DNA of 64,000 nucleotides, taken from positions 2,902,244 through 2,966,243 of the forward strand of contig OZ242187.1 of assembly GCA_965205465.1 (NCBI GenBank). Reading direction: 5' to 3'. Positions 44,545 through 53,978 of the stretch are shown here, piece after piece; position 1 is the first letter of the stretch, and each line of letters opens with the position of its first letter. Position numbers and translations under genes: made by a program. The DNA comes from Candidatus Aldehydirespiratoraceae bacterium (GTDB lineage: Bacteria > Actinomycetota > Acidimicrobiia > Acidimicrobiales > Aldehydirespiratoraceae). The notes below the pieces were generated by a model, which saw only the letters and a program-made list of their open reading frames with translations, did not search any database and had not been told where the DNA came from.

Positions 44545-46998
44545 ATGAACCGCCTGATAGAGAGGATTGCCCGATCGGTCACGGCGCGCCCGTTCGCCAC
44601 CATCGGTCTGTTGGTTGTGGTGACGGTCGTATTGGCGTCCGGCGCGGCTCTGCGTGCTCCGCTGGACGAAACTGACGGCTTCATTCCACCGGACAGCGCC
44701 ATCAAACAGGTGCTGGACGAAATTGAAGAGTCCTTTGCGCAAGCGGGGAATGTCCGTCTGGTGACAGTGCTGTTCCGCGGGCCTTCGCTGAGTCCGGACG
44801 GTCTCGCACAGATGGATGCTTTGGGTGAACGCGTTGTCGCGGACCCGCAGGTTCGGGCGGCGCTCGCGGACGACGACCCGATTGTCTCTCCTACTAGTCT
44901 CATCCGCGCCGCGCTGCCACAGCAGCAGACCATCAGCATGGGTGGACTCAGCCAGGACGTGATCGACGCGGCCGCGTTCGCCCCGCCGATCTATGCGGCG
45001 CTGACGGAGATGACCGGCACGGATACCGACGGAACGGATGTGGCCATTGCCGCCATACGCCTGAATGCGGCCGACGACCAGCAGGTGCAGGAGGCCGAGC
45101 GCCTGATCAGTGAGTTCGCCGTTGAGTCGGTTGGGCCGCTGCAAGCGTCCACCGTGTCGCCGACGGTGATCGAGGACGAGTACCAGAGGGCATCGAGAGA
45201 AGGGGTGGCACCGCTGATGGGATTGGCGCTGGCGCTCATCGCGGTGATTCTCATTCTGTGCACCAGATCCCTCGCCGACGTGCTGCTCACGTTGGCAGGT
45301 TTGGTGATGTCGGTGTTGTGGGTCGTCGGCGCTGAAGGCTGGCTGGGTCCGAATGGACTGGGGTTTCTCGGCCGTCCGAGCGGGATCTCTGTGATGATCC
45401 CGATCATTCTGATCGGCCTCACAGTGGACTATGCGATCCAGACCGTTTCGCATTACCGTGAACAGCGAATTGCAGGCGATTCGCTGACGACCGCCATTCG
45501 AACGGGACTGCGTGACGTCAGCGTGCCTCTGCTGCTCGCGGTCGTCACGACAATGGTGAGCTTTCTCGTGGGGTTGCTCTCACCCATTCCCGCCATCAGG
45601 GATTTCGGCGTCGTTGCTGCGTTGGCCATCGCCATGAGCTTGATCGTGACGCTGTCCCTCCTGCCCGCAGCGCGGTTGATCATCGAGCGGCGACGAGAAG
45701 CACGGGGCAAGTTGACGGTGCCTCGCAGCATCTCGACGACCGTGCCGGGCGTCCGCTCCTTGGCGGGCAGGTTGGGTACCAGCGTGACACGTCGGCCGGT
45801 GACGTACATCGCAGTGACGGCGGTCGTCACGATCGGGTTGGGGTTCGCCGCCACAGATCTCAAGGCGGAGTTCAGCATCCGCGACGTTCTGCCCTCGGGA
45901 GGTTCCCTCATCAGGGATCTGAATACGCTGGATGCCGCCATCGGCGGCGCCACTGAGATGACCAACCTCTTAGTCAAGGCCGAGGCCACCGAAGCCCGAA
46001 CGCTGCTCGACTTGCGTGACCTGAGGTCGGGATTCGAGGATGGCGAACGCCGGCCGCTTGCCGCTGCAGGGCCCATAGAAGCCTCATACGACCTGATACT
46101 GCTCGATTGGATCAATGACAGCGGCGAACCTGGCGACAAGTACGACGCGGAGCTCGCGACGCTCTATCGCCAAGCCAATACGGGCCTCGGAACGGACCGC
46201 GCACTCATGCAGGAACTTCTCGGCAGGCTCTTGGTACTTGAACCCGCCACCGCGCGCCTGCTCGTCAACGATCCGGTTGGAATTGACACGATGCTGCTTC
46301 GGTTCCCGGCTACGGCGCTCGACGCCGAGTCGACCAAGCGCATTCAGGAGCAGGTCGAGGCGTTGTGGTTCGGCGACGACGAGTCCATCACGGCCGTGTC
46401 GCAGGGCATCGTCTCGGTCGCAGTCACTGACGAGATCTCGAGCCGGCAGACCGAGGCGATCGCGGCGACTATCATCGTCGCGCTCCTCATCCTGCTCGTT
46501 TTCTTCTGGGCGACGATGCGACAGCCGGTGCTGGCTTTCATTGCCGTTCTGCCGACAGTGATCGTGCTCGTTTGGGTCCTCGGCACGATGGCATTGCTTG
46601 GGATTCCTTACACATTGGTGACTTCCATCATCACGGCACTCACGGTCGGTATCGCCATCGACTATACGATCCATCTGGTACATCGCTATCGTGTGGAGTT
46701 CAGTCGATCGCGTCTGCCTGATCTTACAGCTGTCCGAACTTTGGAGATGACTGGTCCCGCATTATTCACATCCGCATTGACGACGATGCTCGGAGTCGGG
46801 GTGCTCGTGCTCTCACCCACATCCGCATTGAGAGATTTCGGGTTGACTGTGGCAATAGCGATCGGCTATGCGCTGGTGGTCTCCTGCCTCGTTGTGCCAT
46901 TGGCGATGACCATGTGGGGCACCTTTCGCAACATGCAGTTGCAAGCTGACCTCAAGCGAGTGTGGGATGACATCGACGTTCTTGTTGAATCTCACTAA
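44545..46998 (+). CDS. MMPL-family (RND superfamily) transporter
   Basis: 817 aa with two 6-helix bundles separated by soluble loops. Typical MMPL layout. Confidence 0.85.
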   Translation: MNRLIERIARSVTARPFATIGLLVVVTVVLASGAALRAPLDETDGFIPPDSAIKQVLDEIEESFAQAGNVRLVTVLFRGPSLSPDGLAQMDALGERVVADPQVRAALADDDPIVSPTSLIRAALPQQQTISMGGLSQDVIDAAAFAPPIYAALTEMTGTDTDGTDVAIAAIRLNAADDQQVQEAERLISEFAVESVGPLQASTVSPTVIEDEYQRASREGVAPLMGLALALIAVILILCTRSLADVLLTLAGLVMSVLWVVGAEGWLGPNGLGFLGRPSGISVMIPIILIGLTVDYAIQTVSHYREQRIAGDSLTTAIRTGLRDVSVPLLLAVVTTMVSFLVGLLSPIPAIRDFGVVAALAIAMSLIVTLSLLPAARLIIERRREARGKLTVPRSISTTVPGVRSLAGRLGTSVTRRPVTYIAVTAVVTIGLGFAATDLKAEFSIRDVLPSGGSLIRDLNTLDAAIGGATEMTNLLVKAEATEARTLLDLRDLRSGFEDGERRPLAAAGPIEASYDLILLDWINDSGEPGDKYDAELATLYRQANTGLGTDRALMQELLGRLLVLEPATARLLVNDPVGIDTMLLRFPATALDAESTKRIQEQVEALWFGDDESITAVSQGIVSVAVTDEISSRQTEAIAATIIVALLILLVFFWATMRQPVLAFIAVLPTVIVLVWVLGTMALLGIPYTLVTSIITALTVGIAIDYTIHLVHRYRVEFSRSRLPDLTAVRTLEMTGPALFTSALTTMLGVGVLVLSPTSALRDFGLTVAIAIGYALVVSCLVVPLAMTMWGTFRNMQLQADLKRVWDDIDVLVESH

Positions 46999-47055
46999 CG
47001 TCATCAGCACACATAGGCCTTGCCATCCATCACGTTCGGCAGAGGGACGAGGTAC

Positions 47056-49080
47056 TCAGATAGGGTTCAGAATTTCCGCTACTCGAAACTTCAGTTTCTT
47101 GCCAGGCGAGGATGTAGGTATTGGCTTGATGCGCAGTTCTCGCTCGGGATTTAGGGTTTCAAGCCTGACGTGGTACGTTATCAGCAATGTATTGAGGATC
47201 ATCTGCAAGTCCGCATAGTGCCGTCCGAGACATGCATGTGTTCCTAATCCGAAACGCACATACGCCCCCCGCGCTTGATGCTCTGAACGGTCAGGCAGGT
47301 AACGATCAATATCGAAGTCAAGCGGACTCTTATACAAGTCTTCATCGTAGTGAGGTGCCCCTTGACAGGTCATCAGGAGTGTTTTGGCTGGAATCTCAAA
47401 ACCTGCGATGGTGCAATCGTTCATCACTGTCCTGAGCTGAATCGGAAAGGTCGGATACAAGCGTGCCGCTTCCATACAGACGCGCTGCGTAACCTCAAAA
47501 CGATCGGCAGTAAAATTCTCGGCGCATAGTTCAGCACCATCTCCAAATACTGTCTCAGCTTCTTTGTACACTTTCTCACGCAGGTCGGGGCGTTGATTCA
47601 GGCAGTACATCACAAAACCGAGTCCAGAACCAAGGTAAATGGCCGCTGCCATTGAGAAGACGAACCAGAAAGTAATGTCAGTTTCCGGCAAGAACTGCGG
47701 ATCTTTCTGGTGCAATGCCAGAACAGCGTCGGCGATGTCGCCGGGTTGCCCGCGGCGCTGAGCCGGTGTGTGTGACTCTAGAACGGACTGTCGTAGTTCT
47801 TCCACGCGCTTGCGATAACGCTTCATTCTCGGTGTCCGTAACATGAAGTGCGGTAACATCCCTTGCACTTCTGTAGCCAATGCACGATGCTCAAAGTCAA
47901 TCAGTTCTCGGGCGTAGTGGCTGCAATCAACATTGATGAGCAGTCGTGAGGATTGACTGGCAATCATGTCCTCGAGTGTCTGCGTGGCGCGAAACACGCT
48001 CCCCTCGGTCCACTCCTTCAAGGATTGTCGGCACAGGTGGACAGCCTCGGGCAGTCGCTCTCGGAACGCAGGACCGGAGTACGCGGCCTGCATTGCGCGC
48101 CGCATCTTGAAGTGATCAGCGCCGTCCATGCCAGGAATGCTGTTGCCAGCACCGACCGCTCGTTCGAGACCCTGAACGTAGTCTTTTGAGCGAAGGTAGT
48201 AGCGCCCATAGGTGTTCACCCATTGATTTACTTCGGTCCCTATGGCGACGACAACGGGTGACTTGTGGATTTTGAACGGCATAGTCAGAATGGGGCCATG
48301 TTGTCGAGAAATTTCGAGCATTCCCTTCGGGATATTGCCTGACCGCAGGTCTCGCTGCCGCAGGAGATCAATATAGCGCAGCTTGTCCATTTGCTGGCGC
48401 GGTCGTGTGCGACGAAGTTTCGGTCGTCCGACGGAATCCACGATCGCCTGGGCTACAGTGCGACCGATGAGATCAAGATTGGCTAAGAACTCAATTCGCT
48501 CGTGCCATTCTTCGTAATCTTCCGCCGACAGCAATGTCTCGAAGCCCTTGATCGAGTGAAGCAATGACACAAGAATGGCATCGCGCGGGGATGGAATAGT
48601 GTCGTTCATAATGACACCAATGATTCGGGACTTGCACTCCTGAACCATCGCACGAGATTTGCCTGGATAGTGGCCCGAACGGGCCACATCACGCGAGAGC
48701 ATCCAGAATCCGCCGTTGAGATATTCAAGTATGCCCCGCTCGACCAGACGATTGAGCATGTTCGACACGACCAGCTCTGAATGTACTGCATTTCGCTCAA
48801 TCCAATATTGTGCATCTTTATCTTCTGAAGACTCAGCGATCTCTGATAGAATTGAGTCAATGGTTTCATCACCTACGGGATCGTCGTTGATAATATACAA
48901 CGTTGCCGGATCTGTATCTATTCGTCCGTCCAGTGCTAGATCTGCAATGACAGCACCAATAGTAACGCAAGAAAGCGGCCAGCCCGGCGCCTTTTCCAAA
49001 TAGCCCGTCTGCTCGTTGAGCATCAACATTATCAGTTCTTCGGTGAGAAAGAGCTTCTCAAACTGCTGGGGCGAATTCAT
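47056..49080 (-). CDS. GPP34 (GOLPH3/VPS74-like) domain fused to cytochrome P450
   Basis: The N-terminus LFLTEELIMLMLNEQTGYLEKAPGWPLSCVTIGAVIADLALDGRIDTD is a GPP34 signature. The C-terminal half has EAAR (ExxR) and the haem loop FGLGTHACLGRHYA. The gene is visibly A+T-richer than its flanks. Confidence 0.8.
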   Translation of the reverse strand: MNSPQQFEKLFLTEELIMLMLNEQTGYLEKAPGWPLSCVTIGAVIADLALDGRIDTDPATLYIINDDPVGDETIDSILSEIAESSEDKDAQYWIERNAVHSELVVSNMLNRLVERGILEYLNGGFWMLSRDVARSGHYPGKSRAMVQECKSRIIGVIMNDTIPSPRDAILVSLLHSIKGFETLLSAEDYEEWHERIEFLANLDLIGRTVAQAIVDSVGRPKLRRTRPRQQMDKLRYIDLLRQRDLRSGNIPKGMLEISRQHGPILTMPFKIHKSPVVVAIGTEVNQWVNTYGRYYLRSKDYVQGLERAVGAGNSIPGMDGADHFKMRRAMQAAYSGPAFRERLPEAVHLCRQSLKEWTEGSVFRATQTLEDMIASQSSRLLINVDCSHYARELIDFEHRALATEVQGMLPHFMLRTPRMKRYRKRVEELRQSVLESHTPAQRRGQPGDIADAVLALHQKDPQFLPETDITFWFVFSMAAAIYLGSGLGFVMYCLNQRPDLREKVYKEAETVFGDGAELCAENFTADRFEVTQRVCMEAARLYPTFPIQLRTVMNDCTIAGFEIPAKTLLMTCQGAPHYDEDLYKSPLDFDIDRYLPDRSEHQARGAYVRFGLGTHACLGRHYADLQMILNTLLITYHVRLETLNPERELRIKPIPTSSPGKKLKFRVAEILNPI

Positions 49081-49451
49081 GTGACATCCTCATGGTGGAT
49101 CGGGTTGACAACCACTGGGTCGACGATTGTCTCGGTGGGTGGGCGTGCGTGGTGGCGGGGGTGGGAGCGACCGGGATTTGATGGCTGGTTCGCGCAAGCC
49201 GTGTCTGTGCGCGGTGCTGAGCGGTTGGGTGACGCGGTGTTCGCGATGGTCGCGAACCGGTTGGTGGCGCCGTGCCCGAAGCGGCGACTGCCCGAGTGGA
49301 TCCGAGCTGATGTGTCGATACGGCCGATGAGTGACAGTTTGGCGCGCGCGGCACCGACCTTGGCACGGTTCAGGCTCCATTCGGGAACTTGATGGAAGTA
49401 GCCGCTCTCCTCGTTCAGCAGCGTCAGTACACCTTCGCCGGAGCGCGTCAT
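49077..49451 (-). CDS. Short GPP34-like N-terminal paralogue (possibly degenerate)
   Basis: Contains MTRSGEGVLTLLNEESGYFHQVPEWSLNRAKVGAARAKLSLIGRIDTS, then a low-complexity tail. ATGA overlap with the P450 fusion start. Confidence 0.4.
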   Translation of the reverse strand: MTRSGEGVLTLLNEESGYFHQVPEWSLNRAKVGAARAKLSLIGRIDTSARIHSGSRRFGHGATNRFATIANTASPNRSAPRTDTACANQPSNPGRSHPRHHARPPTETIVDPVVVNPIHHEDVT

Positions 49452-49543
49452 CAATTCTGCCTTCCGTGTCCTCTGCCGCGAACTATATCCGTTTCGGCCA
49501 CTTTGCAGCAACGCACGACCTACTTGAGCAGGTCGGGAGATCG

Positions 49544-50092
49544 CTAGTGGCGGCGTCTGCGGCGTCGCTTGAGATTGGGTCGTTTGCGCCAACGAGCCCG
49601 TTGCTTGGCGACACTGCGCTTGGCAAGTTCATCGGTCGGATTCACGTCCAGCCCGTACATCTCTTCGGTGCTCTGTCGTGACCGACGTTCGAGCAGCAAG
49701 ATCGACAGTAGAGGCAGGCCGAAGATGCAGAGGGCGGCGGCGCTGAGAATCGTGATCCAGGTCTCGCTGCGTTCAGCTATCAGGTACCACCCCGAAAACA
49801 CCAGCAACCCCAGCATCGCTAGCCAAAAGGCCACGCCTATCAACAGCATCACCGCCATCGCTACGTACTCGTATGTGCGGTCGTCTTCCCTTGGGCTGCG
49901 GATGTAGCGGGTCAGGAACATAGCAAGAAGAACCATGGCCCCTGCGGCCACTATCCGAACGGTGCCGATTGTCGATCCTGCCTCTTTGTCGGCGAGCACA
50001 GGGACCGCCGCTGCGATCGTTCCAGCCAAGAGGAGACCGATCGCCATCATCGCGAACACAGTCGGGTCCACGCCGGTGTCTCTACGAGCCAT
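49544..50092 (-). CDS. Hypothetical membrane protein with poly-Arg C-terminus
   Basis: Start taken at MARRDTGV. Four or five hydrophobic helices. The tail reads ..KRPNLKRRRRRRH. Confidence 0.5.
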   Translation of the reverse strand: MARRDTGVDPTVFAMMAIGLLLAGTIAAAVPVLADKEAGSTIGTVRIVAAGAMVLLAMFLTRYIRSPREDDRTYEYVAMAVMLLIGVAFWLAMLGLLVFSGWYLIAERSETWITILSAAALCIFGLPLLSILLLERRSRQSTEEMYGLDVNPTDELAKRSVAKQRARWRKRPNLKRRRRRRH

Positions 50093-50396
50093 GCCCCCAG
50101 CGTAGAACGATGCTCTTGTCACTTTCACCGTCTCTCTGACGAATCTCCCACGAGTGTGTGGGGTGTGCCCACGGACTGTGTGGTGAACTTCGACAACATT
50201 CCCATGATTCCTCGAGATGTGTTCCGTCACCGGTTAACCGCGCTCAGCCCCAAAAGGCTAGCCCGAGCCTGCCAAACCCTACGACGCCACCGGCTGCTGA
50301 ACCCGAGCGCGTTAGGTTTGGGGGTTGGGTGTGTTGGATCCTGCTACGCCAAGCTTCATGCTCAACCCAGGTCCATCAGCGCGATGCGTGTGGGGG

Positions 50397-53300
50397 CTAG
50401 GTGGGGGGCTGCCAGCGGTGGGCGATTATCTTGTCTCGTTCGGCGGGGTCGGTGATGGAGACAGTGGAGGTGGGGGTGCGGTGCCAGAAGATTTCCTGGT
50501 CACCTTTGCGTTCCTGGATGGGATGGCCGGATGGTTCGATACTGATGCGGGCCAGTTGGTTGCCGTCTACGGTGTGAAACTCCCAGTCGATGAGGTCAAG
50601 AACGGCGTCACCAAGACGGGAGCGGATGAGGTTCTCCAAGTGTTGGCCCCATAGGTCCTGGTCACCCCGCTCGCCGCGTTTGGTGAACGTGGCGTAGTCG
50701 TCTTCCAGACCGTGGACGGAGCCGTCGTCGGCCACACCGATGAGCAGGGTGCCACCGAATTTCGAGTTGGTGAAACCGGCGATGGTCTTGATGGCGGCGT
50801 CCTCGGTCACGCCGCCTTTGCGCTGTGCTTTGATGTCCCAGCGCAGCGTGGATTTGTATTCCAGGTGGAGCGTCTCGCGGTCGGGTCCGATCAGGTCGCC
50901 GATGGGGCAGGTTCGTTGGCGAGCAACGGTCGCGCGCTTCTGCACATCGGGGGCGAACACGGCGATGAGATCGGCTTGCAATTCGCTGTTGTCCAGATAG
51001 CTGAACACCAGTTTGTCGTTGCGGTCGAGGCGTGACAGCAGTGCGTCTTGGAACCGCGCGGGGAACACATGGTCGCGGAACGTGGCTTCGTCGTTGTTGG
51101 TTGCCTGATTCTGGATCTCTATATCGGAGATCAGATCTGCTGCGGCGGCTTGGAACACGAGTCGGTCATCTTCGGTCCAGTCCGTGCCGAAGCGTTCGTT
51201 GATGCGGGCGATGATCTTCGAAAGGTGTTCGGCTTCGGGATCGGCGAGTGGACCTGTGCCGGAGTAGATGGTGATTACCTCGGCTTCTCCGCCCGGAAGT
51301 TCGATCGAGCCCTCGAAGGTCAGGTCGTGTCGCAGGTGTGTCAGTTCCACTTCGGAACCCAGGTTGATGCGGTCGGTGCCTGTGCGGTCACGGATCAGTG
51401 CGGCCAAGGCTCGACAGAAGCGGTAGTCGCGCTCAAGCTCCGCGTTTCGGAACTGCACCACGAGCGACAGGAAGCTGTAGACACGCACAAACCGGCCCAA
51501 AGCGTCGCGAAATGCGTCTTGGTCTTCTTCGGTCAGCGCATTGAAACGGTCAACCGCGGGTTGCATGGCTGCGTCGATCTGGGCGTGGGTGCCTTCGCTC
51601 ACCAACAGGGTGGAGGCCCGTTCCATCTCGCCTTGGTCGAGCACGTCGAAGCGGTCGAGTTCGTGACGGGTGTCGAACAGCAGGTTGGGATCGGTGGGCG
51701 GGGCGACGGTCTTGCCGTAGTAAACGGCGAATGCTTCTTGAATCTCGTCGGCTTCGTTCACGAAATCAACGACGAACGTGCGAGTCTTTGCGGGGTGGAT
51801 CCGGTTGAGCCTTGAGAGGGTCTGAACTGCGGCCAATCCGGTGAGGGTCTTGTCGACGTACATGGCGGCGAGCTTGGGCTGGTCGAAACCGGTCTGGAAC
51901 TTCTCGGCGACCACCATGATCTGCCATTCGTCGGTGTCGAAGCGTTGAGCGGTCTGCGATTCTCCGAAGCCGTTGGCTTTGGTCTCGGTGAGTCCGTCAA
52001 CCTCGCCTGAGAACGCTACGAGCACTCCGAGGTCGTAGCCGAGGTTGTTGGCATGGTTCCGCAGCGCTTCCCACATCCGTACGGCGTGGGGCCGTGACGA
52101 GCACACCACCATCGCTTTGGCTCTGCCTCCGACCTGGCGGGCGATCTTGGTGCGGAAGTGCTCGACGATGATCTCGGCTTTCTGCGCCAGATTGTCGGGG
52201 TGAAGGGTCACGAATCTGGCGAGCGCGCTGCGGGCTTTGCTTGTTTCGTATGCCGGATCGTCGAGGATCGATTTTTCGAGGTGGAAGTATTGGTTGTAGG
52301 TGAGATAACCGGCCAGCACATCCATGATGAAGGCTTCTTCGATGGCTTGGCGCATCGGGTATTGGTGGAACGGCTTGTGTTTGCCGTCTTTGACCTCGCC
52401 GAACATCTCAAGGGTGCGGCCTTTGGGTGTGGCGGTGAACGCGAAGAAGGACAGGTTGGGCTGAGGACCCCGCGCTGTCACGGCTTCTGCGAGCAGTGTT
52501 TCGGCGTCGGTCGGTTCGTCTTCGCTGTTCGCCTCAACCTCCGGCTCGGCAGAACCCAGGGCACGACGCAGCTCAGCGGCGGCCTGACCGGTCTGCGAGG
52601 AGTGGGCTTCGTCGACGATGACCGCATAGTTGTGTTCAGGTACCTGCTCGATCTTGTCGAGGATGTAGGGGAACTTCTGCAGGGTCGTGACGATGATCCG
52701 GGCCTGCTCACCGATCAGGGCTTCGGCCAACTGCGCCGATGACTCGTCGATGCGCTGCACGACCCCGGTGGCGTGCTCGAACTTGTTGATGGTGTCTTGA
52801 AGTTGCCGGTCGAGCACGATCCGGTCGGTGATGACCACCACCTTGTCGAACACATTGGTATCGGTCTGGTTGTGCAGCGATGAAAGCCGGTGGGCCAACC
52901 AGGCGATCGAATTGGACTTGCCCGACCCTGCTGAGTGTTGAACCAGGTAGTTGCGGCCCGCTCCGTTTTCTTTGGCGTCCGCTTCGAGTTGGCACACGGC
53001 ATCCCATTGATGGAACCGCGGGAAGATCACTTCTGGTCTGGCCCGTGAGCCTTTTGATGGTTTCACCACATGTATGAACCGACCGAGGATGTCCATCCAG
53101 GCGTCGCGGCTCCAAACCTGTTGCCACAGATACGAGGTTCGGTGGCCGTCGGGGTTTGGCGGGTTGCCCGCGCCGAGTTGGTGCCCCCGGTTGAATGGCA
53201 GGAACCGGGTACGGGTGCCGGCGAGGTGGGTGGTCATCGCCACAGAGGATGGATCGACTGCGAAGTGCACCATGCCGGTCCGGTTCAGGGTCCGGTTGCG

Positions 53301-53855
53301 GGGCGACCGGTCGTGTCGGTATTGGGCGATGGCGTTCTCAACGGTCTGGCCTGTGTAGGGGTTCTTGAGTTCGGCGGTGGCCACCGGTATGCCGTTGACG
53401 AACAGGGCAAGGTCGACTGTCTGGTTGCTGGAGGGATCGAACGGTAGCTGCCGGGTCACCGTCAACACGTTTGCGTCGTAGCGTTCGGCCAGCTCTGGCG
53501 TCAGCCCGTGCGCCGGTTTGAAGTAGGCGAGCTTGATTGTGACGTTGCGGTCCACGACACCGTTCCGCAGCACGTCCACGGTGCCGCGCTTGTTGAGTTC
53601 GAAGGCGAGTCGCCGCACGAACCCGGACTGCGCTCTGTTGGGATCGCCTCCGTATGCGGAGTCCACCAGCCGCGCCCATTGCTCGCCCTGGGTCGCGCCG
53701 ATGAACACGAACAGATCGGCCGTGTCCACGCCCGCCTCAGCGTCGAAGTCCCTCGGATGGTCCCCAACGTTTCCGATCTTCACCTGCCGGTAGCCGCCGT
53801 GTTCAACCAGCCAGGAGGCGATGTCTTCTTCAAACGCCGCTTCAGTTACAGACAT
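50397..53855 (-). CDS. hsdR: Type I restriction enzyme R subunit with C-terminal AlbA_2/Schlafen-like domain
   Basis: SF2 motifs QHSAGSGKSNS, TDRIVLDRQL, VIVDEAHSSQ and FAFTATP. The N-terminus begins EAAFEEDIASWL. GGAGG lies 8 nt before ATG 53855. The extra C-terminal 155 aa begin LEYKSTLRWD...AGFTNSKFGGTLLIGVADDGSVHGLEDDY. Confidence 0.9.
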   Translation of the reverse strand: MSVTEAAFEEDIASWLVEHGGYRQVKIGNVGDHPRDFDAEAGVDTADLFVFIGATQGEQWARLVDSAYGGDPNRAQSGFVRRLAFELNKRGTVDVLRNGVVDRNVTIKLAYFKPAHGLTPELAERYDANVLTVTRQLPFDPSSNQTVDLALFVNGIPVATAELKNPYTGQTVENAIAQYRHDRSPRNRTLNRTGMVHFAVDPSSVAMTTHLAGTRTRFLPFNRGHQLGAGNPPNPDGHRTSYLWQQVWSRDAWMDILGRFIHVVKPSKGSRARPEVIFPRFHQWDAVCQLEADAKENGAGRNYLVQHSAGSGKSNSIAWLAHRLSSLHNQTDTNVFDKVVVITDRIVLDRQLQDTINKFEHATGVVQRIDESSAQLAEALIGEQARIIVTTLQKFPYILDKIEQVPEHNYAVIVDEAHSSQTGQAAAELRRALGSAEPEVEANSEDEPTDAETLLAEAVTARGPQPNLSFFAFTATPKGRTLEMFGEVKDGKHKPFHQYPMRQAIEEAFIMDVLAGYLTYNQYFHLEKSILDDPAYETSKARSALARFVTLHPDNLAQKAEIIVEHFRTKIARQVGGRAKAMVVCSSRPHAVRMWEALRNHANNLGYDLGVLVAFSGEVDGLTETKANGFGESQTAQRFDTDEWQIMVVAEKFQTGFDQPKLAAMYVDKTLTGLAAVQTLSRLNRIHPAKTRTFVVDFVNEADEIQEAFAVYYGKTVAPPTDPNLLFDTRHELDRFDVLDQGEMERASTLLVSEGTHAQIDAAMQPAVDRFNALTEEDQDAFRDALGRFVRVYSFLSLVVQFRNAELERDYRFCRALAALIRDRTGTDRINLGSEVELTHLRHDLTFEGSIELPGGEAEVITIYSGTGPLADPEAEHLSKIIARINERFGTDWTEDDRLVFQAAAADLISDIEIQNQATNNDEATFRDHVFPARFQDALLSRLDRNDKLVFSYLDNSELQADLIAVFAPDVQKRATVARQRTCPIGDLIGPDRETLHLEYKSTLRWDIKAQRKGGVTEDAAIKTIAGFTNSKFGGTLLIGVADDGSVHGLEDDYATFTKRGERGDQDLWGQHLENLIRSRLGDAVLDLIDWEFHTVDGNQLARISIEPSGHPIQERKGDQEIFWHRTPTSTVSITDPAERDKIIAHRWQPPT

Positions 53856-53978
53856 CACAGTCACCTCCCCCTCGGCCCGAACGCCCCACACACCCTAGAA
53901 GCAAGCGAACTGAACCGTGAAGCCGACCCCCGTTGGAACATCGAGCATCAGCGGCGTCCGTGACCATAGAGTCCTGGC

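Noticed and set aside
44431-45453. 340-aa minus-strand ORF antisense to the MMPL gene
   Set aside because: Arg/His/Gln-rich low-complexity translation. The plus-strand MMPL frame has clear TM periodicity.
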